Notes: generated by a model from the letters alone, not told the origin. DNA of 64,000 bases from Tubiluchus corallicola (GCA_030141605.1 JAQGDQ010000582.1:1-64000), one strand, 5' to 3'. Shown: positions 36,992 through 50,990, counted from the stretch's first letter. A program made the numbers and translations.

Positions 36992-38230
36992 TTAAAAGTT
37001 TCCGAAGTTGAGTAGTTATGCCACGTTTTAGTCTGTTTTTCTTGAACAACCATGTTACACTCTGTACATAAATATGCTGGCTACAGAACCTATGTTACAA
37101 TTTATTTATTAAGAACATTTATAAAATATAAATTATTTTATAAAAGATGAGACTGGCAGGCTATGTTAGCTCTTAAGCCAATCTATCTTATGAAGTGGCA
37201 AAATTAAAATACATCAGTTTACGTAGGATGAAATTCACATTACATTAAAAAAGCGATGAAATAAAAAATCAACAAAATATATACAAAGTGTAAATTTATC
37301 AAAATTGGGAGAAATCACTGAACTAAAGTAAAAATGTTACAGAAAAATCTATTAAATTTGCAACATTTTAACAAATAGGTTTCGGCTTGTTATACTAGCC
37401 GGTATGTACGTTAGTTTTTACATAATGTATGCATTAAATAACTGAAATCTAATTTGAGTAATTCAGTGTTTCAAACGTATGGTTGCTTGTAATTTCTATT
37501 CATATAATTATTCTCAGTTTTTAGTACAGCACTCGTGTATTTACAACTTTTTTATGACCGCAATAATTATTATATTTCTTTGTTTTTGACTGACTTACTT
37601 GAAGGTTTCTTTTTATTAATTGTTTCTGAAAAGAAAAACAAAGAATGTTATCGACATGCAAAAAATCGATATTATTTAACCTTTGATTTATTTGTGAAAT
37701 ATGTGAAATAAATTACAAGCAAAATTAAAATTTATCTATTAGATTTACTTAGTAGCAATTAACACACGTAGTCCTATCTTCTAATCATTCAAGTAAATGA
37801 ATTCGAATAATTTTTTGCAACATGTAAGACATTTTCTTATTTAAGCCCGTGAATTTTTTCCCATGTAATGAAAATCGCCTTTACGTTCAGGCCCATCTAC
37901 GTAGTAGCTACCGTAACGACGCTGATTAACCCTTTGACCCCGTCTTCTAGTTAATCTATTATCTGTTCTACATTTATTACAGAACAGCAGCTCTACTATT
38001 CATTGACGATAGCCTGTCTATATGGTTGAGAATGCAAGTGATAAGCAATAATGATTGTGATGTTTTGGAAAGTCATATTTGTACATTATTGATACATAAT
38101 AAGCAAACAAGGTGTAGCCAAAAATGAACACATTTCCAAAGAAGAAACCAGAGGTAAAGAAAGTGAGAGTAAGGAGCAGAACGGGAGAGGGAGAAAAGAA
38201 ATAGTGTGAGGGAGAAAGGGAGACAGACAA

Positions 38231-38514
<284 letters not shown>

Positions 38515-38832
38515 CTGACGGAAAGAGAGAAAGTGAAAAAGAAGGCAGCAAAGGAGATAATGAGAGGTGTATCATAAAGATAAAGTAACAGCAGATAAAG
38601 TAAGATTAACTAAAATTACATATCTATCCAGTCAAACTTTAAGTACTGCTTCCAGTTATAGCAAGTGCTAAAGTTTCCACTATAATAAGAGTTTTAACAG
38701 AAATACGTTCAACCACCGTTAAACAGAAACACATTCGTTCAACTGATAATGAGCAGACTACTGAATAAGATTTGAATAACAAGGAGAATGTGAGGTAGCA
38801 CGACAAATGCGGGTAACGTAGCTAGTTTGCAG

Positions 38833-39495
38833 TTATTTGCAAGCCACAAAGCAAGTTGTCGAATTGTCGACAATCACTTCTTCTTTCAGCTTCTTTTCAC
38901 CACAGACTGACCCAGCTGGTTCACAGGAATGAGCGAAACTGTAATGTCCGGTTTGAGTACCGCAAGGTTTGCATTGTAGTCGACGCCAATCGCCCCATTT
39001 TCCGATAGCAGGAGGACCCGCAGAGGCATCCGTGACGTGTGGTTCAACCAAGACAACGGGTTCGCTATCTCCACACACTTTGTTGATACATGTAGTTGGC
39101 TTGGACTCTTGTAATCCTTTCCCCTGACAGGCGACAAGGTTCCTAGGACAGAGGTACTCAGTGCAGTTTTGTTCGTCACTGCCATCATCACAATGTAGCT
39201 TCCCATCACATCTGAATCTCTCCCAGTAGCACTGTCGTTTATTTGTGCAAGTGTAAAAATTATCTCTACACCAGGAAGACGTGCAGTTCTTGATCAGGAT
39301 GTAGCCGATCTGGTTACATTGTTGGTAATCGCTGCAAGAGAAGACGTCTGTCATGCACTGGACTTTCACACCAGGGTACTGGTCTAAGCACTCGTAGCAA
39401 TTCGATGAGCCAGCTGAAGTCTCTTGGCAGTGTTTCTGTCCTAGCCATGAGGAGATAAGCGCTGCAAAGACGATAAAGTTTCCAAGTTTTTCCAT
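38833..39495 (-). CDS. Secreted cysteine-rich protein with an LDL-receptor class A domain and a C-terminal TSP1-like module (220 aa, uninterrupted CDS)
   Basis: First ATG at 39495 (the track start 39507 is TTG). Hydrophobic N-terminus (FIVFAALISSWLG), LDLa CRDNFYTCTNKRQCYWERFRCDGKLHCDDGSDEQNC, then GKWGDW..CKPCG..C..C resembling a thrombospondin type 1 repeat. Confidence 0.8.
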   Translation of the reverse strand: MEKLGNFIVFAALISSWLGQKHCQETSAGSSNCYECLDQYPGVKVQCMTDVFSCSDYQQCNQIGYILIKNCTSSWCRDNFYTCTNKRQCYWERFRCDGKLHCDDGSDEQNCTEYLCPRNLVACQGKGLQESKPTTCINKVCGDSEPVVLVEPHVTDASAGPPAIGKWGDWRRLQCKPCGTQTGHYSFAHSCEPAGSVCGEKKLKEEVIVDNSTTCFVACK

Positions 39496-40151
39496 GTCGT
39501 TTTCCAATCAGCTAAAAGTTTGTGAAGTTGAGGCGCTATATCATTTTTACCACTGAGTAAGACGCCAGAAATTAAAGCTATAATTTTATTATTATAATCT
39601 GGATAGCCGTTCTACGCTGTCCCCAAATCAGTTCACTGCTACGTTGGAACAAATTATAAATCAGAAAAACTTAGAACGGAAGGACAGTTGGTGTAAAACT
39701 ATTGTGTCTGCCATTGTTTCGGTTTTTCGAAAATTTGAGGCTTACCGGGCTTTTTCCAGCTATGTTAACTTGCCAAGTAACTTGCAAACTTGTTCATGCT
39801 AGAAAGCAAAACTTCCTGAGAGTTAATCTCCAACGCTGACACATTTTTCTCTAGCTCTTTTTGAAACTATGCATTAAATGCGACTCGAGAGTCACTCATT
39901 TAAAAATGTCGTTTTATTGTACGAAAGCGCAACTTATTCTTTTACCTTTATAAATCTAAAAGGCGGTAACCAAAAACAGCACAGCAATGATACGAAATTC
40001 TTTCGCAACAAAGCTTCTCTGTTGAGAGCAAAATAAAATTCTTTGTTCAGAATTAGAACTATAATCTCTAACATCTAGAGAAAGACATAGGAAACCAAAA
40101 AAGCAAAATATGAAATATGTAATGTTACTTAATTTACGTGAGCAAATTCGT

Positions 40152-40162
40152 AGTCTCTCTCC

Positions 40163-40226
<64 letters not shown>

Positions 40227-40260
40227 CTCTTTCTCTCTCTCTCTCTTTCCCCCTCTCTCT

Positions 40261-40297
<37 letters not shown>

Positions 40298-40402
40298 TCT
40301 CTCGCTTTCTCTTTCTCCTCCACCTTTCTCATCTCCTCCGTCTCTCCCTCTCTCATCGTCTTTTCTCTCTTTAACTCATTCTCTCTCTGTTCTCCTTTCT
40401 CT
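40152..40402. repeat. (CT)n-rich microsatellite / polypyrimidine tract
   Basis: Directly visible. Confidence 0.95.
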
Positions 40403-40962
40403 CAGGCATCTCACTCACTTCTCTAGTTCTGATCTTTTCCATAACCAAGTGACATGTAGGAGTTTGCGACGTTTTTTGTTCACTCTACTGACCTATTCCT
40501 GCAAAACCACCATCATTGCTCATTCTGCCCAGTCCAGGCTGCTCCAATAATCTCACACTTCTTCAACAGTGCGTCTCTTTGTATGAAAATCACTAGCATT
40601 TATCCCGTATTTACTTTTATAATGTAGCAGACAGTGGTTCTTCTGTGAGGGAATGTTTGTTCCCGACTCATACAAAACTAGGGATACGTCTTTTCGTCAC
40701 AAAAATCCTGTTTTGCCACTAATCTTTCACTGCAGTGTAGCATCTAATTGAAAACCTACCTACCTGGAAACCTGACACGGGTAAAAGCCCCGGCTAATTA
40801 TCGGCTCATATAAAGGGAAACTGGCTTAAATCTGTACCTGCTATTTCAGATCACTCTTATCAGTTTACTTTCACTTTCGGAAAGCACAAGCATCGCATTA
40901 TTTAAAAAAAAGATGCACCTGTGTCATAAAATCACGTGCTATAATCACAAATCTATAGTTAG

Positions 40963-41578
40963 TGCAAAACAGGACGCTTTTCATATTCTAACCCATTTTG
41001 AAGTACGGTAAAAAGCATACATTTTAACACATATAATAATGCCAAAGCATTTCTGATAATTAAATAATTGGTTAAAAACTTAATTAACGGTGGGCGGTCG
41101 AACTAGTGATGACGTCACAAACGAACACTATTTTCAACAGCACAAACATTCCATGAACGTGTTGAACGTGTTTGCGAAAGTGAAAATTGAAGTACAGTGC
41201 TACTGCACAACATTCAGTGTGATATACAAAACTCGGCAAATTTTAAGATAAAAACTCAAATTTCAAATTAACCGCTATCCTCACGCATGAGCTCTCGAAC
41301 GTGTGTATTACGTCAGAAACGAACACATCTAAACTGTGAGGTACAGCACCTGTTTTTTATGCAACGCGCTTCCGAAATGCAGGCGCTAGTGCCCGTCTAA
41401 CTAACAAATGCAGAAATGCATGCAACAGCGAAGAACTAGCCGCGGGAACACGAAATTACTTTAGTGTGGTAATAATTCTCTCACGTAGGTCATTCTTTAA
41501 AAAATAGTATGTTCCTTTTCAATATTTTAAAGACTAGATTATTCTGACCTACTGTTTAGGACTGGGTCCGGTTTTCCT
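40963..41578 (+). mobile_element. MITE family B, copy 6
   Basis: Full-length; ends GGGTCCGGTTTTCCT-TTAA; shares diagnostic bases with the inverted copy at 48038-48645. Confidence 0.85.
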
Positions 41579-41739
41579 TTAACTTTCTGAAGCAGTCCAT
41601 ACTTACTTGGCTCAGCATTTATATGGTATCCATACAATTATTAAACAAATTATTACATATTTAGCTCATTATAATTCGTTGATAGCTATTAATTTTAACA
41701 CTTTTATATAATTATTAGATAAGAAAAGCCTATAGATAC

Positions 41740-42281
41740 TGGGGGTGACCATTCTCTATCAGAAAGCGAATTCGAATCAAACTTTTGACTTCCGAACTCG
41801 AGTCAAACCTAATTTCACGATTTCGAATCCGAATCGAATTCGGATAATGCGTATTGCTTGACTTTGTTCTACAGTAAAAACACTAAAAATTATCATAAAA
41901 AAACAAGAAGCGGCAGATTGCTCACGTCGATGGATTTCACGCAAAACGATTTCAATGGAACATCTCTAATTCTGAAAGATACTTCATCTTAGAGAGTAGC
42001 TAAGGACTAAAGCGTTTGGCAGCAGGAGATTAGCAGTGTTATGTCCTTTGACGAATGGACACATAATATGATATGAACGATGATAAAAGCACTAATATTT
42101 GTTTAAAAATTGTGCAAAGAATTCGCATTAAATTGTTATGTTTGCATGCCTTTTCAAACGCTTTAATGATAAAGAACGTACAAAGTTGAAATCTTGACAT
42201 ATTCGAATCTATAATTTTTGGTTCGAATGGTATGCGAATTAAAAAACTCGTTCGAACTCGAATGCTCGATGCTCACTCCTA
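41740..42281. mobile_element. hAT-type MITE with 8-bp TSD
   Basis: ATAGATAC duplicated at 41732-41739 and 42282-42289; imperfect TIRs TGGGGGTGACCAT / ATGCTCACTCCTA; subterminal TTCGAA motifs. Confidence 0.8.
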
Positions 42282-42807
42282 ATAGATACGGGCTAAAATG
42301 GTTCGTTGTACATTAATCAATTATTATACAGAAATTTTTTTAAAAGAAGTTGGCCAAAATGCATTTGGTGAAAGTAATAGACATTTTTGCAGGAACAAGC
42401 TAACCTGTACGTTTCGAAATATTGCTGCCAACAAGCTGAAGAACAATGATCATGACAGTGAGATATCAGTTGCTGGGGCTCAGTACGAAAGACATACAGA
42501 CATACAGACTGATTTTTAATACATCAACCATCGCAACACTGTAGTCAATGTAGTGTATGTGTTTGACAAAGTTTTGCTGGTTGCTCGGTTACTTGGGTCT
42601 TCTTAGTCTTGTTTTAATCAGGAGAAAAGAGTTTAAGTAGTTTCACAGCTAATAAATCATACATGAGTGCACTGTTTGCGAAGGCATGCAGCACTAGATA
42701 ATGTGCTACCTCTGCATTAATGTTGCTAACACAGCTAAAGGCAATGCTTTTTGGAACAGACAAAGAGAGGTATGTGAATTACAACAAAGAAATTTGTCTA
42801 GACATCC

Positions 42808-43109
42808 TGCATGTTCATGTTCATGTTTACGTTCATGTTGCTGTTATGGTAGTCGTTATTGTTGTCATCGTCATTGTCGTTGTCATTGTCAATGTCATTT
42901 TTGTTTTTGTTGTTGTTGTTGCTGCTGTTATTGTTGTTGTTGTTGTTGTTCTTGTTGTTGCTGCTGCTGCTGCTGCTGTTGCTGTTGCTGTTGCTTTTGC
43001 TGCTGCTGCTACTGCTACTGTTATTGTTGTTGTTGTAGTCGTCGTCGTCGCGACATCGTCGTCGTCAATAATTATAATAATGACGACGACGACATCGCCG
43101 TCGTCATTA

Positions 43110-43140
<31 letters not shown>

Positions 43141-43148
43141 TTTTATTT
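42808..43148. repeat. Compound trinucleotide microsatellite (GTT/GCT/GTC/ATT)n
   Basis: Directly visible. Confidence 0.95.
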
Positions 43149-43799
43149 CAGCCTTGTAAAGTTCATAAAACAAAAAATAATAATGAGACAAGTAAAAACA
43201 TACAGTGTTAGTTTACAGAAACATAGTAAGCTTACGTACAAGAAAATGTTAATTTAGGCACTCTAACTGTTGTTATGTAAAGAGAGACCTCTATTAGTGG
43301 AAATTGTAATTTCTTGTTTTAAAATGTCAATATTTTTCTGTGGCTAGCATGCAGTTTGTTCCGGGTTCGAATCTCATAGGAACAAAAAGTTTTGCAGGTT
43401 CTCTAACTTGCGCGTTTATGATTACAAAAAACACAAACGCAGTTATCACAGGTACTGGCTTGCTAAAGTTTCTTTGTCAACTATTTATATAAAAGCGGTT
43501 GCTTATAATTCAATTTTTCTGTAATTAGTAAATTAATTGTAAGAATTAAACTTTTCATGACTTACATTCACACTGCTACTCTTTTCTGCAGCGTAAGTTA
43601 CCTCTTGCCTCGTCCAAAGCGCAATTTGTATAAAATAGAAATCTATATAATAGTTATTCATGTAGAAGCTAAAGTGGTACTGCTGTTTCACATTCATTTT
43701 GGAGTATTGTACTCCAACTTGGAATCCTTATTTACTAAAAGATCTTGATTTGGTTCAAAATGTTCAGCGGTATTTTTAGCTCGCAGATTATTCGCTACG

Positions 43800-44160
43800 T
43801 GCATCATGGCCGTATGTCATTCACTGACCGATTACCATTTATAAATCTTGAGCCACTTGAACTTCGTCGAATACACTGTGATTTGACAATGTGTTATTCC
43901 ATACACAGTGCTACAGACAAAGATGTATTTTTTAGCAAAGCACCTTTATCTAATGTAACCAGGAATCACCGCTTGAAGTTACAGCCCACTCTTTGCCCAC
44001 TTGATTGTATTACAAACTTTTCTTAAACAGAATAATTAGAATTTGGAATGAACTTCGTGAGTTTATCGGCGGTGCCTCCTTGATCTGTCCACAGAGTAGC
44101 AAACGTTTTAACAAAACATTTAAAAGATTTAAACCTTAATAGTCATTCATCTTTTCACAG
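43800..44160 (+). mobile_element. CR1-clade LINE 3' fragment
   Basis: SFTDRLPFINLEPLELRRIHCDL..TRNHRLKL..NRIIRIWNEL, typical CR1 ORF2 end. Confidence 0.75.
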
Positions 44161-45479
44161 ACATATGTAAGTAGCCTTGGCTGTTTGTGCTGTTAACCGT
44201 ATTCTTTTAACTAGCCAATTTCATCTGCAAAATTTATATCTGTGCTGTACATACATTTTATCTTGGTTTCGTATTTTATACTTTCTTGTAAATATTTTTA
44301 ATACATTTTAATAAGGATTGCGTATTAAAACGTAATTTTATAAATCAGCCACTACCAACACAAATCAAGCTTGTTCATTTACCGTTGACGTAATAGTAAT
44401 ACTTATTACAACCAACAATTTGATTTATGTGACGTTCTCTAGATAATTATATCAAGTTATGAAGGCAAAAAGCGACAGACACGTGTGCAATCGTTTATCA
44501 TGAGCATATCGATGGTAGTCATGGTGAACCTTTACACAGCGCCCATGTTTTATGCATTTATGTGATGTAGAGAGTGCTGTAAAAGGTGCCCTAACCTCTC
44601 ACTTATCTTACAGTGAGAGTAAGAATCTTGAATATAATTGTTAGTAAACACTGACATAATGTGTTATTCATTGTATTCGCGGACTGGTGTATTTTCATTA
44701 TGCGAGCCACTTTGTGGTTTGAGCAGTACTGTATATGTGTCCTTTCAGTCAAAACTCATACGAGAGATACAAGACTTCGCGGAGTGAAGATAACAGCTTG
44801 GCTTAATTCATGGAAATCTGGTGAAGTGATTATTACAACTAGAGGGGCACCTTGCTGTTATTACATGATCACTGCAAACTGTCAAACTTTGGCCAGAGAT
44901 GGACCAAACTTCATGTTTCTCGTCTTCTGGACAGATTAAGACGAGTCGTTGAACATGGGTGATCCATTGCCGTTATAGTTACCGTAACGTTGTGGAACAA
45001 TTGTCTAATTATCTAAACAGTGTTGTGTTAAGTGAGCAAATGTAAATTTTTAATACTCTCCGAGTTAAACTAGATGCTACTTGTCCTAATAGTCTTATTT
45101 TCAGACCTTTCAGCAAAGTTAGACCTCTTACGCCTATTGCACGCATTGGCCGGGAAAAATTTTAGTCAAGAAATTTCCTCTCCTAATCATAATCCTAATC
45201 CTAATCCTAAGTCACGGTGCCCTTCAAATGTCAAAAACTTTTACTTTTCCAGAAGCTTTCGCCCTTCACGGACTTTGTCAGCTGTAAGGGAGATACAATA
45301 ACAAAAATCATAAAAACCATTTATAGGCGTTTATAAAGCAGGTAGGTCAGTTTTGGTTGTTTTCAAGATCTAGGCCATACAATTTCAGGGATATTTGTCA
45401 GCAGTTTCATTTTGATTTTGGTTTCTTAACTAGTAATTGTAATATTTCTTCTAATTTAGTTTTAAATACAGTTTATTAA

Positions 45480-46078
45480 AGGAAAACCGGACCCAATCTT
45501 AATCTGTAGGTCAAAACAATCTACTGTGAATTATTGAAAGGAAACATACTATTTTTTTCAAGAATGACTTACGTGAAAGAATTATTACCACACAAACACA
45601 ATTTCGCGTTCGACCCACTAGTTCTTCGCTGTTACATGCATTTCGCCATTAGCTAGTTAGACGGGCACTGGCACCTGCATTTCGGAAACGCATGGCACAA
45701 AAAATAGGTGTTGTCCCTCTCAGTTCAGGTGTGTTAATTTGTGAATTCACACGTTCGACAGCTCATGCATGAGCACAGCGGTAAATTTAAAATTTGAATT
45801 CTTATATTAAAACTTGTTTAGTTTTAGTACAACACACTGAATATCTTACAGTGGCATTGTACTTCAATTTTCGCTTTCGCAAACACGTGCAACACGCTTG
45901 TGGAATATTTTTGATGTTGAAAATTGTGTTAGTTTGTGATGTCAACACCAATTTGGTTCACCCGGCATTAATTAAGTTTTTAATTTGCTACGTAATTATC
46001 AGAAACGCTTTTGCAGTATTAATTATCTTAGAATGTATACTTTTTACTTGAAAATGGGGTAGTATATCCTGTCTTCCT
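45480..46078 (-). mobile_element. MITE family B, copy 7
   Basis: TTAA-AGGAAAACCGGA ... TCCTGTCTTCCT-TTAA. Confidence 0.85.
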
Positions 46079-47166
46079 TTAATGAATTTTGTATCTCTTA
46101 TTTTAATGTCATTGTATACTTGCACTTTACATGTAGTTTTATCTGTAATTTTTATGATTTTTATTATTGTATCTTTACCTTACAGTCCGCGAAGGACGAA
46201 CTCTCCTGGAAAAATGAATGTTTTTGAGATTTAAGGGGCACTTTGTTTTCTTTATGATTACGACCATGGCAAGTAGCAGAAGAGTACTATATTATTTTCA
46301 AACAAATTTCCTCTCAATTAAGACAGCAGTAGTTAGACCAGCAAACACTAGACACTACTACAGGCTGGTCAGCACCACTTCCGCTAAAATGGCAAATACG
46401 CTATCGAAAAAAGTCAATTTGTTCGGCGTCACAACAAATTTACTTCGTAGTAACAGTTAATATAAACAGGTTTAATGTCTGTATAATTAATGTGCATATG
46501 TTAGAACTGTTAGAATGGTCTACAGCTTTTCATCTGCCTGGCTTTTTATTAGCAATTAAAGATTACTTACGGTAAATAGAAATTTCTTATAAAAGCTTTC
46601 GATTTTTCTTAAACACTTTTCTTAAAAACGCTACGTACTAATCCTACAATGTCATTCCAGACATTTAAAACATAATTACAGAGACGCTGAACGTTGAGCA
46701 CGCCACCTGGTGAAGACTAGCGCCTACCTAGCCCTGATTACTCTTATGATGAGATTACTATGTGTTTTCTGATAGCTATAACACGTGATCGATGCAGTGA
46801 GCCAATCTGATATCTATAATTAAATTCTTACACTGCATTAACAGTACCCGCTGGCTTCATGCGAATGCTACAGAGATTCAGGTGCGAATGGTAACATCGT
46901 GCATCAGTGTGTGCTATGTTACGTGGCTTCAAGGTTCAGTTTTACTCTGCAGTCTAGTGGAAGCCAAATATTTAATAATAAAAAGAAGCTGTGTGTTTTA
47001 TGCATCGTTACAATTGCTATAAACAAAGAACTGTACTATCGAGAATAGTCAAAAGGTTGTTAAAAGTAAGAGTTCAAGATGGTGACGTCACGAAGTGTCA
47101 TTTGAGTAACAAGTGAAGCCATTTGTGCCTTAATGAATCATCTGAACAGGTATCAACAGGTGAAAC

Positions 47167-47209
47167 ATGGGATGCTGTCCTGCAAAGTACTGTAGCTCAT
47201 GGGATTTAG
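47167..47209 (+). CDS. Candidate first coding exon of the espin-like gene (MGCCPAKYCSSWDL)
   Basis: AAACATGG start context, G|GTAACT donor in phase 1 matching the phase-1 acceptor at 51243; TGACGTCA (CRE) ~80 bp upstream. Short, so could be chance. Confidence 0.35.
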
Positions 47210-47619
47210 GTAACTGTTATTAGTTTAATATCATTCAATAACAAATGTGTAGATTTCGATACCAGTGTCGCTCACGTGATAGATTACACGAAACATATGG
47301 CGCCACATGTTGCTAAGAGGCAGGTATCAGTTGCAAATTTTGCAAGCCAGTAGTTTTTTCTTGCAACTTTGCTGGGTAGGCCCTGAGGTTCTCCTTTTTC
47401 TGGGTTTCATTCTAAAAAGTATTTTCCATCGGCAAAGGTTGCAAGGTTCAAACGACTAGCTTTAATTGCGTTCATTTGGATGAGATACATTGTCTATGTC
47501 TATCAATGACGCGATTATTTTGAGGCTTGAGCTTACGCCATTATCCAAAAATGGAGCTCATTTTCTATCTAGGTCCTTGAGAAACGTCCGGAAATTTTTC
47601 TCTAGAATCGTATCAAACA

Positions 47620-48033
47620 AATGTGTCAAGTAGATTCCCAATACCCCCACCTCCTCGGCATCCCACTCCTTCCGACTGAACTAGAAAGACTTTCAAATAC
47701 TGGGACAAAATAAGGCAAACATGGGTGACGGTCTAACAGCGGCACTCGTAACTCTATAACTCTTTTCATCTGTCCAGAAGGACCAGTCTAACAAGACCTG
47801 AAACTGCACAGTTCCAATTATTACCACATTTTCTCGCTTCAACCTTAGCAATCGGAGCAATTGGTTTAAAAATAGAATGAATTAGATCACCATTGCAGAT
47901 TTAGCATTATCCTGCCGAGAATGGATTAACATCTGAGATCATGGATGATAGTTTACATGTTATTGGTCCAGTTGTGCACCACACTTGATCTTATAATTCA
48001 ATAACAAACCTATAAGTAAATGCCTAGATTTTA
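47620..48033 (-). mobile_element. Highly decayed L1/Tx1-like LINE fragment
   Basis: Minus-strand pieces KNLGIYL..NW..SILGRIMLN..GGGGI resemble the post-RT region of L1/Tx1 ORF2; many stops. Confidence 0.45.
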
Positions 48034-48037
48034 TTAA

Positions 48038-48645
48038 AGGAAAACCGGACCCAGTCCTAAACTGTAGGTCAGAATAATCTACTCTTTAAAATATTGAAAC
48101 GGAACATACTATTTTTTAAAGAATGACTTACGTGAGAGAATTTTTACCACACTAAAGTAATTTCGTGTTCCCGCGCCTAGTTCTTCGCTGTTTCATGCAT
48201 TTCGGCATTTGTTAGTTAGACGGGCACTAGCGCCTGCATTTCGGGAACGCATTGCATAAAAAACAGGTGCTGTACCTCACAGTTCAGATGTGTTCGTTTC
48301 TTACGTAATACACACGTTCGAGAGCTCATGCGTGAGGATAGCGGTTAATTTGAAATTTGAGTTTTTATCTTAAAATTTGCCGAGTTTTGTATATCACACT
48401 GAATGTTGTGCAGTAGCACTGTACTTCACTTTTCGCTTTCGCAAACACGTTCATGGAATGTTTGTGCTGTTGAAAATTATGTTCGTTTATGACGTCATCA
48501 CTAGTTCGAACGCCTACCGTTAACTAAGTTTCTAACCTATTGTTTAATTGTCAGAAATGCCTTGGCATTATTATATGTGTTAAAATTGATACATTTTACG
48601 GTACTTCAAAATGGGGTAGGATATGGAAAATCAGCCTGTTTTGCT
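48038..48645 (-). mobile_element. MITE family B, copy 8
   Basis: TTAA-AGGAAAACCGGA start, CCTGTTTTGCT end. Confidence 0.85.
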
Positions 48646-49111
48646 TTATTTACATTAAAGCGAGATTAAATGCTTTAAAAATTTACTTACAATAGCGATG
48701 TGTATAACAAACTCAGCGGGGTAGAACGCATATAACGCATTGTTATCAGTTTGTTGTTTGGGTCTCCTTTATCAAGATCAGTGAGACTTTTGCTTGGAAA
48801 GTAATGGAATTTTGTTGGTTTATTTGATATTTGCATAGCGGCTTTTGCATTTTCTAGTAACTCGATAAAGGTTTTTGATAAATTATAAACATGTATGTAT
48901 ACCAAAAAAATTTCGAGAGATACAAAAGTTTTGGCAAACCCAGGAATTGAACTTGTAGTCAAGTTGAGATTCCAAACAGATGGAAGCGTATTTCTGAATG
49001 TTATTGGCAACATGCGCATTGATCACTCATTACATTGATACACAATTAGCTGTCTTTAAAATTATCATAAGGTAATAGAATAGAGAAAATGATAAATTAA
49101 AGATAAGTTAA

Positions 49112-49666
49112 AGCAAAACAGGATGATTTTTCATATCCTACCCCATTTTGAAGTACGGAAAATGCATACGTTTAAACTAATATAATAATGTCAAAGCAGT
49201 TCTGATAATTAAATAATAGATTAAAATTTTAATTAACGGCGGCTGAACTCAACTATTTATGACAAACGAACATAATTTTCAACAGCCAAATCATTCCATG
49301 AGCGTGTTGCACGTGTTTGCGAAAGCGAAAATTGAAGTACAGTGCTACCGCAAGATATTCAGTGTGTTGTACTAAAACTCGGCAAGTTCAAATTTCAAAT
49401 TTACCGCTGTGCTCACGCATGAGCTGTCGAACGTGTGTAGTTCGTCACAAACTAACACATCTGAACATGCAACGCGCTTCCGAAATGCTGGCGCTAGTGC
49501 TCCTCTAACTGTCAAGTGGCTAAATGCATGTAACAGCGAAGAGCTAGCCGCGGAAACGGAAATAATTCTTTCACGTCAGCCATTCTTTAAAAAATAGTAT
49601 ATTTGCTTTCAATATTTTAAAGAGTAGATTGTTTTGACCTAGTTTAGGACTGAGTCCGGTTTTCCT
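49112..49666 (+). mobile_element. MITE family B, copy 9
   Basis: TTAA-AGCAAAACAGGA start, TCCGGTTTTCCT end. Confidence 0.85.
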
Positions 49667-50461
49667 ATAAACAGTGTATCGATTAAATAGCTTCTTGCGT
49701 AAGTGCTATTAAATAAGCACACATCTCCATTTTTAAGTAGGCAGAATTGTAGCATGTCATCTTATCGGCTTGTGCCAACAAACTTTATCATCTAACAAAA
49801 TCGTAAATATGTCATGTTGGTTAGACTTTGTGACCTATCTAACAATATCGCAGGAGTGTCGTGATAGGATTTCATATTTTTCAATACGTTCTAACTATTT
49901 TTGCGCCAACAAAAATAGCAGTCAAACAAAAGTTGCTGTACTTCAAAGGATTTTGTTGGCGATTTTTGTTAAAAGTTGGCCGACATTGTGCGCTACTGTC
50001 CTTGCGCAATTTTATATTTTCGTTTTCATCGACTTTTTATAGTCCGAGATTGTTTAGCTATTTGCTTATTGTAAGACCTGTTTGGGCTTAGGGATGTATA
50101 TAAGTATCCTGGCATGGATGTAAAGTTTCCAGGTTTTTCGTGTGTATTTTTCATACCATCACTCGCTATTAACAGAAAGAGAAAGCATAACAAAAGAGAG
50201 CCGAGTTTTACATGATTCTAACCGGTTCTACAAATAGAGATCCCTAGTGTAATTATGCTCATCATTTTTCAACATAACAAGAGCAGGTAGATAATAGACC
50301 TAATTAAATTAGTGACATTCCAGTATGTGTTAATGTAACCTGAACGCAATACACCATCCACAGGAAGCAAGCCTAGGGACAGGTGGGAAAATGCGTTCAC
50401 AGCTGAACTGTAGATTACACTCTTACTGTTAAACTTTAAATTTTATTTATGTTTTGTTCTA

Positions 50462-50990
50462 GTGGTTGTCTGGCTGGCTGGCTGGTTTGTTGGTTGGTTG
50501 GTTAGCTGGTTGACTGGCTGGCTGTGGTTGGTTGGTTGGCTGGCCGGTTGGTTAGGTAGTTGACTGGTTTGTTAGGTTGGCTGGTTAGTTGATTGCTTAG
50601 TTTACTGGTCGGTCGGTCAGTAGTTTGTAAATTGATTGGTAAGTTTATTAATTAGTTGACTGTTTGGTAAATGGACCTACTTGGTTGTTAGTTTGTTGGT
50701 TGGCTGGCTGGTTGGATGGTTGGGTAGTCGGCTGGTTTGTTAGGTGGGCAGTTTGTTGGTTGGTTCATTGTCTGGTTGGTTGGTTGGTTAGTGATTTGTT
50801 GGTTGACTGGTTTATTGACTAGTAGCTGGCTGCTTAGTAAACAGACCTAGTATTTGGTTGTTGGTTTGCTGGTAGGCTGGCTGGTTGGTTGGTTCGTTAT
50901 CTTACATTATATAGTACATCTAGTTGGCTGGTTAATTTGTTGGCTGTTTGGTAAACGGACCTAGCACTTGGTTGTTGATTGTTCAGTTGA
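50462..50990. repeat. Degenerate (TGGT/TGGC)n low-complexity tract
   Basis: Directly visible; a degenerate (CATT)n tract follows at ~51535-51865. Confidence 0.9.

Noticed and set aside
43340-43385. tRNA gene (GGTTCGAATC B box)
   Set aside because: No cloverleaf or properly spaced A box; at most a SINE remnant.
46389-46446. Alternative first exon MANTLSKK after CTTCCGCTAAAATGGC
   Set aside because: Promoter-like motif but poor donor (GTAGTA) and no protein support; not excluded, just unsupported.
46706-46740. Further hammerhead candidates (also CTGATGA at ~27625 and ~63320)
   Set aside because: Missing GAAA, stem II or stem I pairing.
48687-49019. 110-aa ORF or LINE zinc-finger remnant
   Set aside because: No recognisable domain in the ORF; the CxxC..HLF hint in another frame is too degraded and out of order relative to the neighbouring LINE piece.
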